Shown here: one piece after another, positions 19,849 to 27,554 of the stretch
Numbering within the stretch: position 1 is the stretch's first letter
Layout: the number at the start of each line of letters is the position of its first letter
DNA from: an uncultured delta proteobacterium
GTDB taxonomy: Bacteria > Desulfobacterota > Desulfobacteria > Desulfobacterales > SG8-13
DNA: 64,000 nt
NCBI GenBank assembly: GCA_963825595.1
Contig: CAWGUE010000017.1
Coordinates: 18,779-82,778, forward strand
Direction: 5' to 3'
Made by a program: the position numbers and the translations under genes
Notes under the pieces: model-generated
What the model saw: the letters and a program-made list of their open reading frames with translations, nothing else
Told to the model about the DNA's origin: nothing
Database searches by the model: none

Positions 19849-22365
19849 ATGAAAAGCAAACATCCTTCGGTGGTTAAAAGAAAATTGGGGTCATGGGTTT
19901 TAACGACCAACCCCAAGCTTCAGATTCTGCTGATTTTCATTATTCTGATCACGGTCGTCAGCCGCGTCGTCCCCCTGGAGATGCAGAAACGGGTCGTCAA
20001 CGAAGCGATCTATCTGCGGAAGGTCGATTTGCTGCTGATTTACTGCGGCATCTATTTAGCCGCTGTCATTGCCCAAGGGGCATTGAAGTATTGGATCAAT
20101 TACATTCAGACACTCATCGGCCAACGCGCCCTGGCCGCGATGCGAAAAGAACTCTATCACCACATCCTGACGCTGCCCCTCGGCTTTTTCCGCAAAACGC
20201 AACCGGGCCTGGTGGTATCGACCCTGACGACCGAGCTGACCACACCTGGCAACTTCGTGGGCATGGCGGTGTCGGTTCCCGTAACCAACATCCTGACGCT
20301 GCTGGCCTTTGCCGGATACCTGTTCTGGTTGAATCCCTTACTGGCAGGTGTTTCCCTGAGCATCTATCCGGCGGTGATGATCCTCCTGCCCCGGCTTCAG
20401 AAACGCGCCAACCTGCAGAACAAGCGTCGCGTCGATGGTTCCCGGGTAATGGCGGGTAAAATTGCCGAATCTGTTACCGGAATACACGAGATTCACGGCA
20501 ACGGAGCTTACCGGATCGAGAATGCCAAGTTCGATTCCATGGTGGATAAATTAAAAGATATCAGGGTCCTATGGACTCTTTATACTCAGGGCATCAAACT
20601 TCTTAATAATTTTTTTACGAATCTGAGCCCCTTTCTGGTCTTCCTGCTCGGTGGCTATCTGACCATGCAGGGCCAATTGGAACTCGGTGCCCTGGTCGCA
20701 TTTCTCTCGGCCCAGGAAAAACTCTATACGCCCTGGAAGGAATTGATCGACATGTACCAGGTGTATCAGGACGCCCATGTACAGTATTACCGTACCATGG
20801 AATACTTCGATCGCGCGCCGGATCACCAGATCGAACCAAGCAACCGCAAGCCATACACATTCGAGGGCAACATCGATGTGCAGAACCTCTCGTTTGTCAC
20901 CGAAGACGGTATCCATCTGCTGGACGACATTTCCTTTACCCTCGATCGGGGTCAACATTTGGCTTTGGTCGGATTTTCCGGCAGCGGTAAGAGCACACTG
21001 GCCCTGTGCGTCGGCCAGCTCTATCCTTATTCTGCCGGACATGTTCTGCTGGACGGCAAAGAGGTCGCAGATTTGTCCAAAAAAGATATCAGTATGAACG
21101 TGGGCTTTGTTTCTCAGGCGCCGTTTATCTTTGCCGGCACGCTCCAGGAGAACCTGCTCTACGGCTGCGCCGCTGAATTCGACGGCGATGACGAAGACAA
21201 CCGCCGCCGGATGCCGACCCTGGACGAAATCATCGCCGTTCTGCAGCAAACCGGAATATTTGTCGATGTCCTGCGCTTCGGACTCAACACCGTATTGTTT
21301 AAGGATCAGGATCAGGAATTGGTTGCCAGAGTCTTGCGGACGAGGGACAGCTTCCGTCACGGATTTGGTCGGGAGCTATCCGAGTTTGTTGAATTTTTTG
21401 ATGAAAAAAAATATCTCTATTTCTCCAGCGTTTCGGAAAACCTGACCTTCGGTACGTCCAACCGGCTTGATTTCGACCACAGCAATTTATCGCGGAACGG
21501 GTATTTCGGTCGATTTCTGGGCAAAGCAAAGCTGGAGCGGCCGTTACTGACCCTCGGTTTCCGTCTGGCAAGCCAGATGGTCGACATCCTGGGCAACCTG
21601 CCCCCGGATGCGGTGTTCTTCGAGCAGAGCCCGATCGCTCCGGATGAACTGGATGACTTCCGGCGAATCGTTGATCGGACGAAAAAAATCGACCCGTATC
21701 AGCTCGGAAACGAGGACCGGACAAAATTGCTTGAGTTGGCGTTGCGGTTCACCCCGGGTATCCACAAGACCGTCTCCCTGCCGCAAAAACTGGAAACCCT
21801 CATTTTGGAGGGACGGGAGTTGTTCGCGAAAAATATCACCACCGACGATCCGACCGCATTTACATTTTATCAATCGTCGCAATACATTTATTCCCAGACA
21901 ATTTTGAACAACATATTCTTTGGCAAGATGAAAACCTTCAACCAGAAGGCCCAGGAGAAAATCAACCAGAGCATTGTCCATTTGCTGATCGAAGAGGACT
22001 TTCTCGAGACCGTCATCGAAATCGGCATGCAGTTCGAAGTCGGCAGCAAGGGAGACAAACTCTCGGGTGGCCAGCGGCAAAAGCTGGCCATTGCCCGGGC
22101 ACTGCTGAAGCGCCCGCCGGTGTTGATTCTGGATGAAGCCACATCGGCCCTCGACAACAACTCCCAGACCCGAATTCAAAATCTGCTCGAAAGCCGCTGG
22201 AAAGGAAAAAGCACGTTGATTTCAGTGGTACACCGCTTGGATATCATTAAAAATTTCGATCAGGTGGCGGTAATGAAGGCCGGTAGGATCGCTGAAATGG
22301 GACCTTACGATGAACTCATAGCCAGGAAAGGTTTGCTGTATGAACTCGAATATGGAAAAAGATAG
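19849..22365 (+). CDS. ABC exporter (fused TMD-NBD) with a greatly expanded region between Walker A and the signature motif
   Basis: Six-helix TMD. Walker A GFSGSGKST begins at nt 20971 (aa 375). LSGGQRQ begins at nt 22060 (aa 738), then Walker B ILDEATS. Confidence 0.85.
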   Translation: MKSKHPSVVKRKLGSWVLTTNPKLQILLIFIILITVVSRVVPLEMQKRVVNEAIYLRKVDLLLIYCGIYLAAVIAQGALKYWINYIQTLIGQRALAAMRKELYHHILTLPLGFFRKTQPGLVVSTLTTELTTPGNFVGMAVSVPVTNILTLLAFAGYLFWLNPLLAGVSLSIYPAVMILLPRLQKRANLQNKRRVDGSRVMAGKIAESVTGIHEIHGNGAYRIENAKFDSMVDKLKDIRVLWTLYTQGIKLLNNFFTNLSPFLVFLLGGYLTMQGQLELGALVAFLSAQEKLYTPWKELIDMYQVYQDAHVQYYRTMEYFDRAPDHQIEPSNRKPYTFEGNIDVQNLSFVTEDGIHLLDDISFTLDRGQHLALVGFSGSGKSTLALCVGQLYPYSAGHVLLDGKEVADLSKKDISMNVGFVSQAPFIFAGTLQENLLYGCAAEFDGDDEDNRRRMPTLDEIIAVLQQTGIFVDVLRFGLNTVLFKDQDQELVARVLRTRDSFRHGFGRELSEFVEFFDEKKYLYFSSVSENLTFGTSNRLDFDHSNLSRNGYFGRFLGKAKLERPLLTLGFRLASQMVDILGNLPPDAVFFEQSPIAPDELDDFRRIVDRTKKIDPYQLGNEDRTKLLELALRFTPGIHKTVSLPQKLETLILEGRELFAKNITTDDPTAFTFYQSSQYIYSQTILNNIFFGKMKTFNQKAQEKINQSIVHLLIEEDFLETVIEIGMQFEVGSKGDKLSGGQRQKLAIARALLKRPPVLILDEATSALDNNSQTRIQNLLESRWKGKSTLISVVHRLDIIKNFDQVAVMKAGRIAEMGPYDELIARKGLLYELEYGKR

Positions 22366-22867
22366 CGAAAGTGCTGCCGGCGAATATCAGGAGAATTTAA
22401 AATTCCTGCGGCAGGTCGATTTTTTCTCCGGGCTGCCCCTGGAGGCAACGAAGGTGTTTGCCTACCTGTGCACCAGGGAATTTTACAAAACCGGCGATTA
22501 TATATTTCAAAAAGACGACGAGGACCAGCAGGCGTATTATATTATATCTGGCAGTGCCGCCCTCCTGCACTCAGCCAACGGTGACGAGCAGGAGGTCCGG
22601 GATTATGGAGACGGCGATTTCCTCGGGCGACTGGCCCTGTTGGGAAGCAGGCGCCACCTCTTTTCACTCAAGGCCCGAACCGACGTCACCTGCCTGACCA
22701 TCACCGGTGAAAAATTCTCCAAGGCGTTGGCACAATTCCCGGATGTGATGCCGAAAATGATCAAGGTTATTGTCGATAACATTTATAACTGGGAAAAACG
22801 GTTCGTGGCCCGCCGCAAGGCGGAATGCAGCGACTGCTTCAAAGAGATCGGCGTCAGCCTTGTTTGA
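22340..22867 (+). CDS. cyclic-nucleotide-binding-domain protein
   Basis: CAP-effector-like pattern FFSGLP...YKTGDYIFQKDD...YYIISGSA...GDFLGRLALLG. The start overlaps the ABC gene end; the alternative ATG is at 22352. Confidence 0.65.
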   Translation: MNSNMEKDSESAAGEYQENLKFLRQVDFFSGLPLEATKVFAYLCTREFYKTGDYIFQKDDEDQQAYYIISGSAALLHSANGDEQEVRDYGDGDFLGRLALLGSRRHLFSLKARTDVTCLTITGEKFSKALAQFPDVMPKMIKVIVDNIYNWEKRFVARRKAECSDCFKEIGVSLV

Positions 22868-22991
22868 CGGCGGCAAACATGATAGAAATATACAGAGATC
22901 GTTCCAGGTTCAGCGACAAAAGAAAGAAGGCAGGATCCGGAAACATTTAATCGAAGGCTCGCGGCACTGATTCGGACGAAAACATATCGTC

Positions 22992-23417
22992 ATGCCCCAA
23001 AAAAAACTTTCATTCAGACTTAAAAACGACATCTCCGAGCTCGACAAGCTGGGCCGCAAACTCACTGCCTTCGGAAACGGGATTGGATTGTCAAAAAAAT
23101 GTATCTTTCAAATAAATCTGGCGCTGGACGAGTTGTTCACCAATATCGTGAGCTACGGTTTTCCGGATAACGGCCAGCAATGGATTTCGATCGTACTTTC
23201 TCACGAAAACAGCAAGATCAGTGTGATTTTGGAAGACAGCGGTATGCCCTTCGACCCGGCAAGTGCGGAAATCCCGGCTCCGGAAACGGAAATCGAAGAC
23301 TGCAAGGTCGGAGGACTCGGCCTGCATTTGGTTAAAAAAATAATGGATAAGATCACATACAAACGCCGTGACAAGAAAAACATCATCACCTTGACTAAAC
23401 ATATTTCCAAGAGTTGA
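22992..23417 (+). CDS. RsbW/SpoIIAB-like anti-sigma-type serine kinase (HATPase_c)
   Basis: 141 aa. LALDELFTNIVSYG (N-box), EDSGMPFDP, GGLGLHLVKK (G-box). Confidence 0.8.
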   Translation: MPQKKLSFRLKNDISELDKLGRKLTAFGNGIGLSKKCIFQINLALDELFTNIVSYGFPDNGQQWISIVLSHENSKISVILEDSGMPFDPASAEIPAPETEIEDCKVGGLGLHLVKKIMDKITYKRRDKKNIITLTKHISKS

Positions 23418-23508
23418 AGCGCTTTAATTACAGCGCTCGATTACTCTTCAGATTTCGATCATCCGACAATCGATGGCACCAAACAATGTGATGCAAAGAG
23501 GGAGTCAT

Positions 23509-23841
23509 ATGGAAATACTCGAGACGAAAAAAAATGACATCAACATTTTCAAGTTAAACGGGCGCCTTGACTCGAACACCTCCCCCGCTCTGGAAACCAA
23601 ATTGATGGAGGCAATGGAAGGCGGTGCCCGAAGTGTGGTCATTGACTTCGAAAATCTGGATTATATTTCCAGTGCCGGGCTGCGCATCATACTGAAAACG
23701 ACCAAGGATCTAAAACGGACAGAGGGAAACATCGTTCTCTGCGCCATGCAGGATTATGTCAAGGAAGTGTTTGAAATCGCCGGATTCGATTCCTTTTTGC
23801 CGATTGTGCCAACTGTGGAAGACGCACTGGCGAAAGTTTAA
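23509..23841 (+). CDS. STAS-domain anti-sigma-factor antagonist (RsbV/SpoIIAA-like)
   Basis: 110 aa. LNGRLDS, DFENLDYISSAGLRIL (phosphorylatable Ser context). GAGGGAG RBS. Confidence 0.85.
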   Translation: MEILETKKNDINIFKLNGRLDSNTSPALETKLMEAMEGGARSVVIDFENLDYISSAGLRIILKTTKDLKRTEGNIVLCAMQDYVKEVFEIAGFDSFLPIVPTVEDALAKV

Positions 23842-23849
23842 CCCTAATT

Positions 23850-23960
23850 GAGCGAAAGCCGTGGATGCCCCGGATTCAAGGCAATCAAGGGTGAAGCCGT
23901 ATTCGTATACTGCGAACCCTTGATCCCGCCGACGGCGGGAAAGGAGATGGGGCATCATCG
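23850..23960 (-). repeat. R2 element, partial and degenerate copy
   Basis: The reverse complement (CCCATCTCCTTTCCCGCCGTCGGCGGG...GCAGTATACGAATACGGC) follows the skeleton of the 5' half of 36441-36530. The match is weak. Confidence 0.4.
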
Positions 23961-24138
23961 GTTTTGCCGCAGGGTAAAGAAAATGGGATACAAATGATAC
24001 AAATCCAACTCACGATGATAAGCATTAATATATTGCCTGCCTATATACACATTGCGCGTTAAATCAATCATATAAAAACCTATCTCATTTTGTTTTGGAT
24101 TGAACAGTTTATTACGAGAAGCTGTCAAAATAGGAAAG

Positions 24139-24522
24139 TCAACGCAACCCGACGAGACCCCTCTTCCCCAGATCCCACAAAAACCGGGTAACAGCAACCT
24201 CTGCCTCTCGCTGTGGTAGGTGGTGTACCGAGGCGAATCGCCGTATAATATCACGAACCCGGGCATTCCCGTCCATAAGTTCCCAAACTTCCGTTCCGAG
24301 GGGGTCAAGCTGAAGTTTTTTCAACACCGTCCGTTCGCTTTTTCCGCCCAACCGTCTGAAAAGTCCGGCCAACCATGGCCGAATCGTTACCGGGTAGGTC
24401 AGTAACAACTCCCCGCTTTCCAGGCGGGATTCCTCGATTCGGTCATTTTTTACGGGAGTACATTCGAGGGCCTCGCTTCTATTCGGCCCCTCTGCCCGAT
24501 TCCTGCGTTTAGATGGTTTCAT
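24139..24522 (-). CDS. PqqD-family (RiPP-recognition-element-like) protein
   Basis: LDPLGTEVWELMDGNARVRDIIRRFASVHHLPQREAEVAVTRFLWDLGKRGLV is the PqqD pattern. It overlaps the upstream gene by 14 nt. Confidence 0.75.
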   Translation of the reverse strand: MKPSKRRNRAEGPNRSEALECTPVKNDRIEESRLESGELLLTYPVTIRPWLAGLFRRLGGKSERTVLKKLQLDPLGTEVWELMDGNARVRDIIRRFASVHHLPQREAEVAVTRFLWDLGKRGLVGLR

Positions 24523-25426
24523 AATTTAAACAGATCGACTGCAGCTGCTGCCAATCGATCGGCTTCCGTCCTTCCAGCCGTACCCCGAGGATGCGGTTCC
24601 TGCCGGATTCGTGCCACAGCCGTGCGCGACTATAAAGCGGCTGCCGCCGTAAGCGTTTTTGTAAATGTTGCAGGATATTTTTGTGCGAACTGTCTTCCAA
24701 TTCGACGGTATCCGATGACTCTATTCTGTATATCATTGAACGCTTCGTGGAGTAGGCCAGGAAGTTTCTTTCGAATCCCGCCAGTCCGTCTGCCCCGAGG
24801 AGCGCGTCAGCAGGACTCCAGCGCTGCAGGGTGAGCATCGACTTTCGGCCCGAGAAAGCGAGATCGTAGAGGCCGGCTTCGAAACGAAACGCCTCTAACC
24901 GATAGTCGACCGGAATCGCTGCGCGAATGTCGAACACCGACCATGTCTTTAGAGGTCGTTCGGTGTGATCCACGAAGGATTCCAGCAGCCGACTGGCATA
25001 AGGAATGGGGCGATTAAACGGAGCCTGGTAGAATTGCAGCAGTGTCGCTTGCCGGCAGTGAGGGCAGTAAAGCACGACACCGCGCCCGCCGATAGTGCCG
25101 CTGCGCCAAAGAAACCCGATGCTCTCGTAGCGGCTGAGTGAACGGGCCCATGCGGCTGGTATGGTCTCTTCGTGCAGATCCTTTCGCATTTTTCGCCCCT
25201 GGGAAGCAGCCAACCGTTTAAGCTGGGCGCGGGGTGAAAATTTTCCTTTCACCGGCCCCCACTTTATCTCCATCTGCGGTCCGGTATCGGACGCTAAAAG
25301 CAGGTATTGCCGGCCGATTTCTCCGATGTCCCAATTCGTCGGAACCTCGAAGCACACCCCATTCCAGGCAATTTCACGCCATTGACGTGTATTGGACTGT
25401 TCAGGCTGATTGACCACGGTCCGCAT
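24509..25426 (-). CDS. hypothetical cytoplasmic protein (305 aa), possible internal duplication, single CPHC motif
   Basis: Long ORF in operon context. No recognisable domain. Confidence 0.6.
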   Translation of the reverse strand: MRTVVNQPEQSNTRQWREIAWNGVCFEVPTNWDIGEIGRQYLLLASDTGPQMEIKWGPVKGKFSPRAQLKRLAASQGRKMRKDLHEETIPAAWARSLSRYESIGFLWRSGTIGGRGVVLYCPHCRQATLLQFYQAPFNRPIPYASRLLESFVDHTERPLKTWSVFDIRAAIPVDYRLEAFRFEAGLYDLAFSGRKSMLTLQRWSPADALLGADGLAGFERNFLAYSTKRSMIYRIESSDTVELEDSSHKNILQHLQKRLRRQPLYSRARLWHESGRNRILGVRLEGRKPIDWQQLQSICLNYETI

Positions 25427-25441
25427 TCTGAGATGTCGGTA

Positions 25442-27403
25442 TCAATACAAGAGCCTTCCGAGGGATTTAAGGATGAGAGCAAAACCCATCGCAAACATGC
25501 CGGTCAAGCCCATGCCGCAGGCAAAACCGGCCAGAAGCACCGGTGCGTACTGCCGCCACATGGCTCCGTAGCGTTTCAGGAAGAAAAACCGTCCCAACAG
25601 GGCGCCGATCACCTCCAGCAGGAACCCGTGGGGTGTGGACTGACCCAGACCGCGGACCACGCCGTAAATCAGTAGAACCGGCAGCCCCAGCAGTGACAAA
25701 ACGGCGTAGGTCACCAGTCCGAACAACATACCCGTGAATACATAGCTGGCTCTCAGTGCCTGGAAAAACAGAGAATTGCCCTCCAGGGTCGAGGTCTGCA
25801 TCAGCAGCGAGTTAAGGGCCTGAAGGTGCCAGAGTTCCTGGGCGTACGGGTAGTTGCTGGAGGGGATCGGCGCCAGGCGCCAAATGAACTGTGAAAAAAG
25901 GAGGCTGGCAATCATAACCACCGGGAATACAATGATTTCAGCCTTTATGATTCCGCGCAGACTGGTACCGGTCAGTTCGATCTCGCGAAAAGATACCGTG
26001 GCTTCACCGTAATTGTGGATCGGAATGGGCGCATACCAGATTTCGATGCCCTGGTAGCCGAAAAACCGGGCGCCGGCGATAAAGCTGGCCTCGCGCACCA
26101 TGGGCAGGCTCACGAACTGACCGGCAATTCCTTCCATCCGGGCGGTGATATATGAGACCAAAGGTGTGTATACAAAGCCGTAACCGAGAAAAAACAGCCA
26201 GGGAAAATTGGGAACGAGCCAAACGCAGAGCCCCACGTATGATAGGGTGGAGAACACATAGATTCCAATAGAAATCCAGATATTGATGTCGCCCCGGCTG
26301 GGATGCGAGTGCAGCAAATCTCTGAGGCTTCCGCGTTGCCCGGGTGCGTTTTTACCAAAAGACCTAAAAACCGCCCAGATGCCGATGGCGGCTATGGCCA
26401 GACCAAGACCGATCCCGAAACTCATGTAAAAGTCGAAATTGTTGGCGAAAACCGTGTCGACCGTCCCCATTCCTTCGTGCCAGCGATAGAGAATACCGTG
26501 GCGGAAGAGGATCGGATTGGCCACGAAGGTGATGATCACGCCGATCAGGCCGCCGATGACCGCCCAGAAGGGGAGCACCATTCCGACGAAAAGCAGGGTC
26601 AGGTCAAATTGGATGCCGGTCGCCACCGCCGGCATCACCCTTTCGGTGTAGCGGGTCAGTTCGACCCACGGTATCGGTATCAGGCGGATCGGTTCCATCA
26701 GAACCAGGCCGGAGACAGTGGGCAGCAGCACATAGATGGCCCCGAAAACCAGACCGATCATCCCGCCAATGGAAAATACTCGCCACTTCCAGCTCTTCTG
26801 TTTATCTTCCGTGGACTCGGCCAGGGCCATGGTTCCCAGTGCACCCACCGGCGCCATGGGAAACGGGAGTTTCTCGACGTCGGACGTGAGGCGGTACAAT
26901 GTGTACCCAAGTCCGAAACGGTCGATACGTTGAATCAACTGAGTACCGACAAGCAATAGAATCGGTATCAGCCAGTCCCTGTGGAAAAAGCTCCGCTGTA
27001 CGAGAGAATCCGATTCGGCGGAAGGCGCTATCCAGGTCGGTATGAATTCGGTCAATCCGAGCATTCGGGCCGCATCGGACTGAACCAGATACTGGTTCCA
27101 GAGCAACCCCTGAAATGGCGTGGCCATGGCGGCACCGGCCATATAGTACAGCAGAAATATTTCCTGCTGTTTCAATTCGGTGTAGGACCGCTTGGCCACT
27201 TCGGCAAACAGGATGATGGTGACCCAACGGGCGGCCGGGCCGATTCCGGTACCGATGACCAGTTGCAAATACATGCTGCCGGGCATCATCAGAAATCCGA
27301 TGAATATGGCCCCGATGACGGTCTTCCAGTCAAACCCTTCTTCAAAATGCTCCGGAGGTTTGAGCAGGTCGCGGTATTCTTTGAGTTCTTTGTCGTCGTA
27401 CAT
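25442..27403 (-). CDS. polytopic membrane protein (653 aa), distantly OPT-transporter-like
   Basis: Many predicted TM helices. N-terminal FDWKTVIGAIFIGFLMMPGSMYLQLVIGTGIGPAARW resembles the first helices of OPT-type transporters. Function unknown. Confidence 0.7.
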   Translation of the reverse strand: MYDDKELKEYRDLLKPPEHFEEGFDWKTVIGAIFIGFLMMPGSMYLQLVIGTGIGPAARWVTIILFAEVAKRSYTELKQQEIFLLYYMAGAAMATPFQGLLWNQYLVQSDAARMLGLTEFIPTWIAPSAESDSLVQRSFFHRDWLIPILLLVGTQLIQRIDRFGLGYTLYRLTSDVEKLPFPMAPVGALGTMALAESTEDKQKSWKWRVFSIGGMIGLVFGAIYVLLPTVSGLVLMEPIRLIPIPWVELTRYTERVMPAVATGIQFDLTLLFVGMVLPFWAVIGGLIGVIITFVANPILFRHGILYRWHEGMGTVDTVFANNFDFYMSFGIGLGLAIAAIGIWAVFRSFGKNAPGQRGSLRDLLHSHPSRGDINIWISIGIYVFSTLSYVGLCVWLVPNFPWLFFLGYGFVYTPLVSYITARMEGIAGQFVSLPMVREASFIAGARFFGYQGIEIWYAPIPIHNYGEATVSFREIELTGTSLRGIIKAEIIVFPVVMIASLLFSQFIWRLAPIPSSNYPYAQELWHLQALNSLLMQTSTLEGNSLFFQALRASYVFTGMLFGLVTYAVLSLLGLPVLLIYGVVRGLGQSTPHGFLLEVIGALLGRFFFLKRYGAMWRQYAPVLLAGFACGMGLTGMFAMGFALILKSLGRLLY

Positions 27404-27407
27404 GTTT

Positions 27408-27477
27408 GGGATACGGGTTACGGGTTACGAGTTACGAGTTACGGGTTACGGGTTACGGGTTGCGAGTTGCGGGTAAT
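27408..27477. repeat. heptanucleotide tandem array, 10 units of GGGTTAC type
   Basis: GGGATAC GGGTTAC x2 GAGTTAC x2 GGGTTAC x2 GGGTTGC GAGTTGC GGGTAAT. It starts 5 nt from the ATG (27401-27403) of the 653-aa gene. Confidence 0.95.
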
Positions 27478-27554
27478 GTCCACATCCGCCCGGATATTTC
27501 ACCGAACGGAAATCTATCGCTCCCGGCAAGACCGGTGCAAAGGTAGTGCCGAAA

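Noticed and set aside
23955-24308. 117-aa minus-strand ORF overlapping the PqqD-like gene
   Set aside because: Its 5' two-thirds is an alternative frame of the PqqD-like gene, which has the family motif. Only its AT-rich 3' tail is outside, and that part is treated as a weak small-ORF candidate in the findings.
27408-27477. G-quadruplex potential of the GGGTTAC array
   Set aside because: GGG tracts occur in two groups of three separated by GAGTTAC units. A canonical four-tract motif with loops of 7 nt or less is never reached, so only long-loop structures would be possible.
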